From: Phoronis australis
Taxonomy: Eukaryota; Animalia; Phoronida
Assembly (NCBI GenBank): GCA_002633005.1
Contig: NMRA01000547.1
Location: 135,561-199,560, forward strand
Direction of reading: 5' to 3'
DNA: 64,000 nt
Part shown: positions 24,763 through 37,625 of the stretch, piece by piece
Layout of the letters: every line of letters begins with the position of its first letter
Position numbering within the stretch: the stretch's first letter is position 1
Notes under the pieces: model-generated
What the model was told of the DNA's origin: nothing
Database searches by the model: none
The model's input: only the letters and a program-made list of their open reading frames with translations
Program-made: the position numbers and the translations under genes

Positions 24763-27665
24763 CTGAAACAGAACGAGTAATGCGAATAAAAATTTTCATG
24801 GGCAAGATTGTAAATGCCAATTAAATATTTTCAGCGTGTTAGCCTTATTTACTTTTAAATTCCTAGTTATCCAATTTCATCAAATTGAGTACTCCTGAAT
24901 AGCTAACTTGCAATCACGTTAGAGGTGAACAAGTCATCCCACATAAGCGGACTTTTCATTGGAACTCTTTAAAACAATGAGAGCGTGAGAGCGACTTCTG
25001 CTTGATCGCAAAGAGATTCAGTGGACAGAAATTCAATTGCAATATCAAAGTAGTTCATTAATTTAAGAACAGAGGAATAAATCCCACTGTCAGTTCCTCC
25101 CTTGCTTAGCTTAAGTTCACACGCACTTGCAAGTTCACAGAGCTTTCGGTCATCACCAGTGGCAGTGGTTGGCGGGGACATCATGTTGTTAGCGTTTCTG
25201 CAGTACATTAAAAATTTCGTATTGTTGAAATTTATACTTGCCAGGTCTAAAGTCTGCCACAACCTCTCACTACTATGCAACATATTTATTCATCAAAATA
25301 ACCATATTCTTTTCTTGCAGTTTTAAGAGCCAAATCCCGGCCTTGTTCACTGCTGAAGCCGAAGCTCTACTTGTGACATACTCGTGGCTGACCTAATTTT
25401 CCATATATGACATGTCATTCAGTGTCAAGCAAGTGAACGTTGGGAGTTGGGATCACATGTTTGTGGCTGACCTATTTTTCCATGTACCAAAGTGCCAAAA
25501 GAGCAAACTCGAATCATCCAATAACGGAATTCCAAAGTATTTCGACGTTTTTGTTTCATGAAAAAATAGTTAGTGAATACGTAACCAACATTAGACACAA
25601 GATTTTTTCTTGAGAAATTTGCATTGCATCATTCTAGCGCATCAATACATCATTTGGCCTATGCCACACATTAATTTTTTGCAGGAAGTTCTTCAACCAT
25701 TGTACTTAAAAAAATTTGAACAGCGCCAACAAATGTAGTGAGTTTGCACTTAGATTTATGTAGTTTGCAACTTTAACAAAGTTGATGACATTTGTACAGC
25801 AGCTCAGTCCTAGAATTTTGAACTTTCGCTCAGTGTACTTCAATTTCAAAGGTCTTGAGTGACCTGGGTGACTCTTTGGTTCAGCGATTAATAATTAAGG
25901 GAAACAAGTGCCCAAATTTTGCAACATTTAATTGGCTTGTGCGTAGATTAGTTTCATTCAACGTAAGTGCTCAAATATTTGGCCGACTCCAAGAACTGGC
26001 GGAGATACGAAATTCCAGTCCAACTTAAAAAATTCTTGAACAATGCCACTATTTACTGGTAAACAGAAACACATGATGTTCACGATGGATATTTGTTTGC
26101 CTTTTATCGCAAGCCATTAGTACACCCCACTGTACAGCAGTGGAAATGTGTCAGCATTATGATAGCAGGAAAGGTGTTAAAACCCTGTTTATACCAGCAG
26201 GTTGAAACCTGCTATCTGCATTACATGGAATCTGAGATTATAACAGGCACTTACCACAGCACCTGGACTTTCATTACAAGCTTCTTTTCTTTAGGGATTA
26301 GGGAACAAAAACAGGTGTCCATGATAACCCCTGCCTGTTTGTGGCAACATAATTTCCCACCCACTTTATAGTCTGTGGACTGTAAAAACTAAATCTATCA
26401 TTGATAATTGAACCTGTTCATTGATTGAATGGCCAAAATCAGCTAACTACAGCAGAAGAAAAAAGAAATAATGCACACTGCAATTGCTCTTCCTTTCTTC
26501 ATAAGACTCAACCTTTATTGTGTAACTTGTCTGAGGAACCCAATAAGGTGACATAACTTGTAGTGCAGTGCTCATCTAATGAGTGATCTAAACACTCTGA
26601 AAGAATGCAGTGAAATTTGAATAGGGGAGCAATGCTGTGTCATTTCGTCAACGACTTCAGAAGTAATTTAGGTCAGAATTTGGCTCTTAAAATTGCAAAA
26701 AAGACATTCAATCCTTTAGAAAAAAATGTTATACCATAGAATTTAGGTCCGATTGTAGTCTCCGTCACTAAACGTAAATTGCAGTAACGTACTAGTTGTT
26801 TTTGATCAAGTCCAGAAGATGCTAACAGAAAACAATTTCTTAGGTAAGAGAGCAACTGTGTGAAGCAAATCACAGGTCGGTTGGTGAGCCAAGCAGTGGG
26901 CGTTTCAAGGAAAATTTTCATGGTGTGAATAATACGCTTACACGAAAGTCACGCATTTCTAAAGATATGCGTGACTGTTCACCGCTCGTCCTTCTGAACG
27001 GTTTTACTGGTATCAAAAAGAGCGCGGTGCCAGAGTCAGACTCAGTTGTGATGACCGCATTGTTCAGTGCGAGCAAGACCCAATTTGGTGTAATTACCCG
27101 ACCATAAACTGTAGTAAACATCTCTGCCTGTACATACTGGCAAATTTTTAAAATGCATTAACCAACAGTTTTCGTTATAAACAAATACCACAGCTGCATT
27201 CAGATGGAAAAAACAACCAAGTTTCGTTTTTCGATTTTTAAAAATCAAACTAGTAAGCTAAAAACTACAAACATTGGGTACATACGTATTGATCTACTCG
27301 GTGATTTACAAACACTGATCAGAGCTAACAATCGACGTGGATTATTCTTTTAATATACAACTAAGCTACACTGAAACATCTATAAACAACACAATGACTA
27401 AATTAGATGTCAATAACTTTTAAAACATCCAGTGCATGCTGAACTACTTAACTCCAGGAGTAGCACACTAACCGGAAAACTGCTATTCGCGGAAATGCAC
27501 TAATTTCGATAATTAGCTTGTATTTGTAATGGAACACCTGTGAAGATAACTAAGATGGCTAGCTTTGTAGTCAACGAGAGAGTTCAAGCAGTGGATGAGG
27601 TTGGTCGGTGGGCAAGAGCTGTGAATTCATTTTTTATGACTGAGTAAAAGCTAGAATGTTATGTA

Positions 27666-28900
27666 CCGTAAACGTTCGGGTTAACGCCCATGCTCAGTTA
27701 ACCGCCCACCCCCTACTTTAGGTGGATTTTCGATTTAACCGCCCACTGCTCGGTTAAGCGCCCCCCTGCGAATTTTGAAGATTTCCAGTTAAGCGCCCAC
27801 CTCTCGGTTAAGCGCCCATCCCCGACTTTTAAAGAATGAAGATTTAGCGCCCAGTGCTAAGGAAACGCGCGATTCCCCGACTTTTAGAAAAAGATCGATG
27901 ATCACATTGAGCGCAACGACGCCGGGCCTCTGAGACGGTGGTTTAGCAATGTGAATTGCAATTATACAAGTAACGAGTTATTGTCTTGGGTCATGGACTC
28001 ACTTCAAAATATAATACTTGAACGTTTTTGTCACTTTATTTTCTTCCCATGTTTGCAAAGTTTAAGAATGCCGGCGGCGGCAAAACCTCCGCCTTCAGCG
28101 ACTTTGTCTGCCGCGCTGAGTTTTCGTCTGCAGTGCACTTGATAAAACATATATTCGAAAAAATCAGGCCAGAGAAATGAGACAATGGTTAAAAGTATAT
28201 AGTCACGCCCGTTTCTGTTACTTAGAACTGTCGCTATTCTCTTTTGATGTGTGACTTTGTAGTGGTGCACGCGCGCAAGTTCCCACACTTTGGAGTGCAT
28301 GTTACCTTGACACCAACATGTGATTGGCAGGTGACTCGCACGTAGGCCCTATGCGCGTGCTGAATCCCGCCGCTATCTTTGGCCATAAAAAACAAGATGC
28401 ATATCGAAAGAGGCCGTTATATGACTTGACGGCATTTCCAAGTCACGATTGTCAGCCGACTGAGACATTGCGCGCTAACAACGGGACCGAACAGTGCCGC
28501 AGTGCGTTATTGCAAGTGATATAAATAGGATAATCTGGACATCTTGCATGAAAAATAAATGTTTTTCCAACACGAAGTTTGGTAAGGTGATNGTTAGGAT
28601 CATCTGCTGTTACGACATTTTTCCCGTCATGTGGCGACGTGACGATAACGCTCTTTGAAAAGAGCTACGCGTTCTGAGTAGGCCTACGACTACGTGTGTG
28701 GTGTGGGTACTTAGATCACGAGGTAAGATTAACCGCCCAGGGCACTTGCCTGTCGTAATAAGCGCCCATGTTCGGTTAACCGCCCACCCTGGATTTTTTG
28801 AAGTTTCACGTTTAAGCGCCCATGTCTGGTTAACCGCCCACCCCCGACTTTTTGGGTTTGTCAATTTAACCGCCCAGGGCGTTAACCCGAACGTTTACGG
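27666..28900 (+). mobile_element. Complete Tc2/pogo-like MITE (~1.24 kb)
   Basis: Perfect 24-bp TIR ccgtaaacgttcgggttaacgccc, TA duplication on both sides, arrays of ttaa(c/g)cgccca subterminal motifs. Confidence 0.9.
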
Positions 28901-29300
28901 TAGTTACTGCAACCAGAATTATCCAGAGGTTCCAAATCTTCAGTTTGGCTATCACCATATTTGCACTTTTGTATGTATATTATGATTTGAGTTCTAATAA
29001 AGATTGAACTTGAACTAATGGCACATGTAGTTCTGTTTGCTGTGACATGTTTGGTGTAGCTGTAATCTGGAAAATTTAGGGATGGGCTCACAATTAACTG
29101 ACTTCTAACCCATTAGAAAAAAAAAACAAGTAGACAGGAGTATTACAATAAAGTAACGAAAACAGGTATGAAACATATTTAAAACCAACGTTCCTTTGGA
29201 AAGTGGCCCTTTGTCAAGAATAATGCAGATTAACTTTTAGTCTTTTTGTAATATTTGAAATGTACCAAGTTAAAACTGCTCTCCACATCGCAGGCTTTAA

Positions 29301-31496
29301 AGGAGAATGCCACACAAAAAACAAGCTATTTTGTATCAATTTAAATCGAGTAGTTCTACTCGATAACGGCATGTTCGGTTGCGTTACCTTACACCTGACG
29401 GCAGACGAAGGTGTTGAACTTATCCAATGATGTCATTGGTTTCCCACGCAGTCTGTCCAGCAGTTCACAACACAGGTTACTGGTGTTAGCTTATCGCTTG
29501 AATTCATCGTTTAACGCCAATAAATCATCAAACTTTTCGATGTAAAACCGTTAAAAATACACTGACTTCTTATAAAAACATGCTATTTCGATGTTACGGA
29601 TTTATTGGTATTTGGACACACAAAGTTCGGCAAGCCAATTTACCAAGGTCCGTAGCAGGAGTTTGAGGTCTGTCCGGAGATAAAATCGAAGTATTCTTCC
29701 GTGAAATACAGACAGGAGAACCTAGATCTGTGTTGTTTAGACTTGTGATTTTTTGAGTTCTAAACACACAAAACGCTGGTTATCCCGGCCAGTGGCTCGG
29801 AACCCGATCAGGCCTGTCGCAGCCGGACTGACTCGTTATCCCGGCCAGTGGACCAGAACCCGATCAGGCCTGTCGCGGCCGGACTGAAGGCATCATGAAC
29901 ATAAACCAGCCAAAGTTGGAAACTAAACTCCCATTCAAGAAAATACTATACTAGTGAGCCAAAGAAGTAATGTGCACATGATTATGTTGGTGAATTAGTC
30001 ACAAAACTGCAAATCTACTTACCCCTAACACCTGGCCGTGGGATAGCAAATCGAGTTATTGTTTCACAATAGACACTGTCAACAAAAACGGAATGCGCTC
30101 ACACGGCCTCAGTGTCCGGACAATTAGTTTTCATTAGTGCACCTAAAGCTGGTAACGCTCCTCAAACCATTTGCACTCACGAACACTCCAAAGGCATTAC
30201 AAATTGCATATAATGAGACCGACTTGGTTTCAGTTTTATATAAGTATTGGTTAGGGTGAGAATAATTCATGTTGAAACAGAATGCTCAGTAATAAACGTC
30301 AACATGGCAACTTGCAATTCCGACTTGGAGGAGTACTCATTTGACGAAGACTTCCCAGGTAGATCGTTAGGTTTCTCAGGATATGAGTTCGAACCAGAAT
30401 ACACTGATCAAGAAATATTAGATAGGCGCCATGAACGTGAACAGACAATGGAGCATATGGATAGTTCTAAAAACCGTCTCAATGACTTGTCATTGTGTCA
30501 GTGCGCTATCTGCACCATATTGGAAACGACTGACGCTTGCGTTTATTGCCACGAAATTCAACATGTGAAACGCCTTCTTGGAGAAGCAAGACGGGATTCG
30601 TCAGTGAAATCACTGTCCACGAAATGCCGGCCAAAGACAAGGAGATGATTCTCGGCCTCGTACTTGGTATGAACGCCGTACTTTTCATTTTTTACTGCCG
30701 CGAGCATTTCGGGCTCATGACATAGTTTTCACGTTCAGTGACTTTACCAGACAAAGGGGGTTCTGAGCATGTGATAACATCTAGCTTCTTTGTTAACTGC
30801 CAAGCACAGTCTTTTGTCTGTTATGACCACAGGCATGCCAATTATCTACTAGGATTATTACAGACCACGTGTGAACACCGTCAAACCCAGAGTGAATTGG
30901 TATATTCGGAAAGAATTGATTATCGTAACTTCGGTTGTAGTTGGGCGATTTTGGCGATTCAAAAACTAAACATAATCACCATTTGACAAGGATTTCAGAA
31001 ATGCTATTGGTTTATGTTCAAATATGTTATAACTTCACTTTTATTTTTAAGAGCAAAGCTCAGCCAGGCTAGATATGATCTTAATTGAGGATTAGAGCAA
31101 TTATCAAACAAAAGAGAGCTGGGCCTCTAACCACAAATGCCAGAATGGAGTTAATCAGCCATGTAAAATATTGGCTACAGGGGTAAACTTCCCAACTTGT
31201 TGTTGGGCTATAGAATCCAACAAGTTGGGAGCAATGGGAAAATGCCGTAATGCTCGAGGAAATCGAAAAAACGATGTGCCCACTTTCCTAGCAGCTTCAT
31301 AGGTCACACAAGCAGGAATGACATACCACACCATTGCGGCACTCACTCTACAGATGAACCACTGAGGTCGCTGCGGATTTTATCACCTTCCTCAAATGTT
31401 AATGGCACACCTCTTGGTAAGGTAAGGTCGATCATGTACGAGCTGATGTGGCCACAGACCGATTAAAATGGTAAAAAAATCGGGTGGCATTGTCCT
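29301..31496 (+). mobile_element. Kolobok-like non-autonomous DNA transposon carrying a KolX-like ORF remnant
   Basis: TTAA on both sides, TIR aggagaatgccac / gtggcattgtcct, internal 56-bp tandem duplication at 29779-29887. Confidence 0.8.
30304..30590 (+). pseudogene. N-terminal KolX / P2X7-ballast-like Cys-rich domain fragment
   Basis: GYEFEPEYT...RLNDLSLCQCAICTILETTDACVYCHEI fits the recalled PYxFEP...RL...WCxCxxC...ECxCCxE pattern. Confidence 0.7.
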
Positions 31497-32018
31497 TTAA
31501 CTCTGTGCAAATGCCACAGAAAAACAATTTGGGTGTAATAAGGACCACCAATGTTAAGAAAGTAGTGCTAGCTATTACCATTCATTAGCTCGGATCTACA
31601 TCAATACAAAGTGTGTGCTGAATAGGCATCATAAAAGTTGTCTGGGGCTTAGGGAATCAGAGGGGTGACCAGTGTAAGCGAGAAATTCTCCACATGTTAA
31701 AAGCAGAGGGTAGGTGAGCATGGCCGTTAACCCTGATATTTACAGTATGTCAAACTGACCAAAAAGGTGGGTTTGCATTCCTAATCACACATTATAACAC
31801 CATGGACAGAATGGTGATCAATGACTGCTTCAAACAGAAAATTCATCATTGTAAATTTGATTTAATCTCCCTTGAAGTTTGTGATCTTGACTTCAACGCG
31901 AGTACGAAATGATTTTTCCACGCTCACTAAGTACATTCAATACGGGAAAATCCAAGACAGTGGGCAGCTCTGCTAAACACACCTATTAGGTTTCAGCCTC
32001 AATATGAAGGTCACTAAC

Positions 32019-32175
32019 CTTTGATGACCTTTACCATCAGTTCGTCCATCACTAGTCTTCTTGTCACTGTCTTTACCGGTTACTTGATCCACCGATGAGG
32101 TGCTACTAGACAGGGAGGCATTTGAGGAACTCACTGGCATAGGTTTGGAGATGTCTATATTAGATAGTGGTGTGC
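32019..32175 (-). CDS. DOCK9: DOCK9/10/11-like Ser-rich linker exon (TPLSNIDISKP...DGKGHQ), phase 1-2
   Basis: Acceptor attttctttacag, donor gttagt; bridges the phase-1 and phase-2 neighbours exactly; Ser-rich like the DOCK9 linker. Confidence 0.85.
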
Positions 32176-32482
32176 CTGTAAAGAAAATGCCCAGCAAGGT
32201 AACTTAATCTTTAATGAATATTAGTAGGAAGCTCAATACTTACAACGATGAGACCTTCCATTATTAGTGTGTTCCCACTTGTTTAATGTCCAAAGAAACA
32301 TAGACAGCCAAAGCTTTCATCAACTCGCATTAATTCATTCAGTACTTTGTATTCCACATACAACTTCCATCCCAATAAAGATTCTGCAACATTGCAAACT
32401 TCTTTAACGAAGCCAAAAATCCGGCTGCAAGTACAGGATATTCATCTTGCATTGTGTCAGTCATTTCAAAGTGAATGACCAG

Positions 32483-32881
32483 GGCCCGGTCTCTAATCTT
32501 TGTACTCGAAACGAACTCGAAACTATTTTTGGCAATTTCTCTGCTAAATTGTGCGAACTTAAGATAATTGGTTATCAGACTGTGCTTGAATACATTATAG
32601 TTTATGCATAGGAGTTTCTAGTTCAAGTTTGCCCTTGAAGACCCTTATATTCGTGCTACAAACTCGAGTAAAAACTCGAAATTTCGAGTTCAAACTCGAA
32701 CTTATTGCTTTAATATTGGGTTTACAAACTGTGAACTAAGGGCAATAAATTATCTACGTAAGTTATTGTGTACTTGAGCATAGAATAATAGACACTTATC
32801 TCGAGTTCGCCCAAAAGTAAAGTGGAAAATGCCAAATATAATTTCGAGTTCATTTTGAGTAAAAAGATTGGAGACCGGGCC
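32483..32881. mobile_element. PIF/Harbinger-like MITE (399 bp)
   Basis: ~55-bp imperfect TIR starting ggcccggtctc; 3-bp CAG target duplication. Confidence 0.8.
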
Positions 32882-33928
32882 CAGGAGAGTAAAATGGGAT
32901 TGGTTAAAAATGTAAAGTAAAAAACAAATATTTACTACAAAGAAAGGTAAAAACAATACCTATGCATAACAAAGAAAGTTAATTGTGTTCATTTTTTAAA
33001 CAAGCACTACGGGAAGCAAAAATCCCAGCACAAATAGCTTTCAAACACTTCAACACATAGTAATTAAAGATATAAATCTCTGATATTGCATTTTTGCTGC
33101 TGCTTGATTTTTTAGAGTTGTTTGTTTTGAAAGAACAAAACACTTTCCAAGTGAGAACGAATCCAGCCAGCAATGACAAAATTGAAGCGCCTTTACTTCT
33201 CGTGAGCTACACATCCATTGTTTATTTCACAATAACAAATTTGCCATGAGCTCACGTCTTTACCGAATGTAAGGTAAATACGGTCAGGGTGGCTGACAGC
33301 AAATGAGAAGTTAACAAAAATGTTGAAGGTCACAGTACTCAGATTTTATCAAATGTTCAGCTGCTCTCATGGTAATATTAATTCCAAGAAGTTGCGATGG
33401 CTGATGAACACTATATGTAAGATGTCTAACTGCCACAAACCCAGAAAAATGCGACACAGGAAAGTGGTAAGGCTACAACAAACTGTGCTCCAATGTTTAA
33501 CACTTCAAATATCACTTGTGGTTGAGCATGTGAATATTTGCCTGGTAAGCCTTGAACAACAACAATTATTTGTATTCCGGCTAGGGTCGCAAATACATTA
33601 CCAAAATTAAAATTTTGAGTGCAAATCAAATTTTTACCACATTATTCCTTGTTCCACTACAGTACCGCAATCATCTACAGCATCATTAATCCAAATGGAG
33701 TTTCCAATAACTATCGATTACATTCAACAATAGGGTAAAGGATTTCACCATGCACAGTGTGAACACGATGTCACTCTGACTTCAGCAATTGGCACACACA
33801 CATATGGCATAGACATTACTAATCACCATGCATGCATGACTCAAAAAACAAATGCACCCACAAACACACTTTAACTGGTTTGATGTTGGTGGCCAGAGAT
33901 CTTGACAGCCCAAAAATATTCGAGGGCA

Positions 33929-34254
33929 GAGGGCCGTTGTTACCTAAGAACATCCGAGTGCCGAGGGCCGTTGTTACCTTAGAACATCTAAGCACCAAGG
34001 GCCGTTGTTACCTTAGAATATCCAAGCGTTGAGGGCCGTTGTTACCTCAGAACATGTAAACGAGAAGGGCCATTGTTACCTTAGAACATCCGAGTGCCAA
34101 GCCATTGTTACCTTAGAACATTCGAGCACCAAGGGCCGTTGTTACCTTACAATATCCAAGCGTCGAGGGCCGTTGTTACCTTAGAACATGCGAACGCGAA
34201 GGGCCGTTGTTACCTTAGAACATGCGAGTGCCGAGGGCCGTTGTTACCTTAGAA
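33929..34254. repeat. 34-bp minisatellite, ~9.6 units, with 4-unit higher-order periodicity
   Basis: Near-constant gggccgttgttaccttagaa plus a 14-bp variable part, in the order A B C D A B C D A. Confidence 0.95.
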
Positions 34255-34270
34255 TAAACATGCTACTCAC

Positions 34271-34535
34271 TTTGTCCCCCAGCAATCATGGCAAAGACAC
34301 TGGAGTCCCTATTGACCCTGGAAGTGTTAGGCGTGCCTGGATCCAGGGAGACAGAGCTCCGATATGAGGGCAGAGTGCCACTTTTCATGGAGTGTGCGTC
34401 TTCATCACCACCACTTCCATTCGGAACAGCCGTGCTGTCTTTCCTCTGGTCGCCGTCAGGCTGAATGTCCAATCTTTGTTTGTTTTCCAGTATAATCATG
34501 AGGAGTGGTAGGTAGAGTGTAGCAAGTCTACCTTG
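34271..34535 (-). CDS. DOCK9: DOCK9/10/11-like exon (QGRLATLYLPLLMIILENKQRL...SVFAMIAGGQ), phase 0-1
   Basis: Acceptor caattacag, donor gtgagt; RLATLYLPL..I.EN..RL motif followed by a low-complexity linker. Confidence 0.92.
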
Positions 34536-36606
34536 CTGTAATTGACAAATACGAAAGCCTGAGTATGAAGACAAAATAAGGCCAAAACAGCATAGTTGGT
34601 TCTGGTATACATTCTGTAGATGAGAGAACCCCGTGAAAATGCAAGACCACTCAAGGTTTCGTGAGATAACTCCATATTTACAAGCGAAGCATGTGATGAC
34701 ACAAACTTCCTTAGCGAAATTCTTGTACTCACATCGCAGCAAACCTTGGTGAAATTCAACCATTTTAGCACACACTTTATTGTCCCAAGTTTATTGTCCC
34801 ACTATTATTTGGAATCTGATGCACCCTGTATGACCTATTGTCCAGCATAGCAGAAGATAACTGACTTCCTAGGAACTCCTTTCTCAGGTCAAGAGGTTAT
34901 TCACAACTGTTGCTATTACTGTGGAACAATTAACTTCCATACTACAAAGGGTAGAGCATTGTGATAATTTCTGGTAAATAACCTCACCAGCAAGCAAGTG
35001 CCTTTAGTTAAAATTTCTGGAAAGTTTCAGAATTGTATTCAGAAAAGGTATATGTTTTCTGAAACAAGAAAGATAGTATAATATTATATATTTTCTACTC
35101 AACACAAATCTGTCTTCAAATGAACATGTTTTTTACTAAAATTTAGCTTAGAAGCAATGCTACAGGAAAGATGAAGCATTATCATCATGGCCAAAATTCA
35201 TTTCATACAAATATTCATGAAAAGATCTTAAAATCAGTTTTCAAAATAAAGATTCCTTTTTTATTTTATGCAGCTTTTAAGATGAAAACCAATATTTGCA
35301 TAAAAATCTTTAATCAAAGCCTTGATTTTTGACGTTATCTTATTCAAATACAAGCCCGTTTAGTCTAGAGAACAATGTAGATAACATAGTGTCTGTTACA
35401 TTCGAATCCGATAAGCTGTCATTGAGATAACTAGTTGGCAAAACTTTCATCACTCACAACCATAAAGTAAGACATCAACTTTTAATCTGGAGGTAAAGGT
35501 TAATATCGAATTAAGTACAACAACTTTTTCGCAGCTCAGAACACCGCCTAAGTAGCCGTCTACACGAAAATCTTCACGTTAGGAAATGCCCGTCCACATT
35601 GCACAACGGAAACAAACTTACGTCGAGTCACTACCGTAATTAATGCGAGGTTGGAATACTTTCAAAAATTATGCCAACGCAATGAATATGATATAATATG
35701 TGATACTTGTAGACAAGAGTCTTTTCAGAGGTCTTTTTAAACACTTATTTTGCTAATTTTAAAACTTTTCCAACAGAATGAACCTTTTTATTTATTTTCT
35801 TTTAACGAGTCGAAAAGCGTAGGGCCAGAGCCGTAGTACTTTGAAAAATGCCTCAACGAACAACCAATTCAAAAGTGTAAGGTATGGTCTTGCAGTATTT
35901 TTCATCAAGAATTCGAATAAAACATCAAAACTGCTCTCCAACTAAAAATTAAGAAGTTGGGTTTTACAACTGAAAACAACTAGGTTGAAGTAATAAAGTT
36001 TTATGACTGGTCAACTGACAGTGTAAACAGATCACACAATGGGACTCGTTATGTATGTAGATCTTATGCTGATAAATCTACTGAAACCCTTTGTGCGCTA
36101 CCAGACACTTCGTTTTGTAAAACGCGGCGCTTTCGAGCTTTACTTCACCAGGCTCTGCTGCGATATGAACAAAAGTCATCCCTGGTCTTCACCCAGACTC
36201 ATTTTGAAACATGGACTCGCTGACTGCATATAAAAATCAAAGTAAAATAAACGCCTGCATAAATTTCCACCAAGATCAAGTGTCTTTTGTCTCAAATGTA
36301 TTTTCTTATTCTGAAAAAGTGAGCAACTAAAAATACTGCCCGACACAACAATCCAGTCGAGATCTTTTGAAAAATATTGGTTTTAACAAGGCCTTACTTT
36401 ACCGTCCACTTACATGGGAAACACGTGAATTGGTTTGTGAAGTCTACCAAATCAAACATTCAAAAAGATGGAGGAAACAGTGGATTCTTGTACTGACTGA
36501 CCGGGGCAGACAAAGAAATGGAATTAGGTGCTGTAGTGTTCTAACCAGTCCTTAATTCAATGTCAGCTGTACCAGCCAAATTCCATGAAGATACATTGAA
36601 AATGAC

Positions 36607-37176
36607 GCGCCAATGTGTTCTTAAATGAGTACCTTTCAGCACACAGAAATGTATTTAATCTACACGTACTTTTGCTTAATCTACCTGTACTGTTAGCTCT
36701 CAAGCACTTTTGCTTAATCCACATATAGTTTTACTAAATTAATGCATACTTTTAATCTGTTCATATAGTCCAATCACACACTATTTTACCGCGCATGCCA
36801 GGAGCGTACACAGAGTTAAAAGTGGTCAGTCGCCAATTTTGGCAACTGTATGAAAGACTGCTCGAAAAATTGGGGCTTTGTTAGAGTTGGAAGGAATTAA
36901 AGACATCAACAGCCTCCTAAGGTTTCCCTCTATACACAAAAGGTGCTTCTAGGAACGAGACTTAGATGTTTTAATCAGGGTGGGGGATGATTCGCCGCAC
37001 AGCTTCACCATCTCTACTGGGGTCAATCAAGAAGGTGGCACTGTCTAAAGTACTTATAAAAAGCAGAACGATTATTATTTAAGAACTAAAAGTATGCGTA
37101 GATTAAGCAAAAGTATACATGGATTTAGCACATTTCTACACACAGAAAGTTACTCGTTTAGGAATCCTTTGGTACT
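36607..37176. mobile_element. MITE with ~90-bp imperfect TIRs
   Basis: aaatgagtacctttc..agaaatgt..tacttttgcttaatctac is inverted at gtagattaagcaaaagta..acatttct..gaaagttactcgttt. Confidence 0.65.
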
Positions 37177-37199
37177 TCGCAGTTCACAAGTGGCTTAGC

Positions 37200-37535
37200 T
37201 GGTAGATGGGCATCAAAAACAGACTTGAAAATAATAAAAATTCCACTAGATAGCCCAGAAAATGTTGAATCCATCCAAATTCAGGATGGTGTCATCCACA
37301 TGTGAATAGGAACAAATTTACCATATTTCATAAAGTGGGATGATACAGAGGTGAAGTTAAGAAATAAAATTGTCTCTAGGGCATGCAGCAGCAACAGCAT
37401 CCACCCAAAGGTTGACGTGTTCTGTAGTGAGCATCACGAGTATTCAACTGCCACAATTCACCAAAACCCTAGGCAGAATCTACAAGATACAGCACCAGAC
37501 GCATGATGCTCACACAGAGATGACAGCAAATCAAT
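37200..37535 (-). mobile_element. Degraded HINE-like fragment of the 2987-4277 family
   Basis: ccactagat..aaaatgttgaatccatc unit and agatacagc..cagagatgacagcaa end motif. Confidence 0.6.
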
Positions 37536-37625
37536 CACATCCAAACAGAAAACAGATGTGATTTTTGGTCAGCTGTGTTGTCTTGTGAGATGTCAGTGGT
37601 ATAGTTGTTTACAAATAGTACCTAC

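Noticed and set aside
27538-27618. Phase 2-2 open segment as an extra DOCK exon
   Set aside because: A-rich acceptor with no pyrimidine tract, weak donor (gtgttc), and the flanking exons already join in frame.
33929-34254. CRISPR-like pattern of a constant 20-bp repeat with variable 14-bp spacers
   Set aside because: The spacers are short, related to each other and recur in order; the context is a eukaryotic intron with no cas genes.
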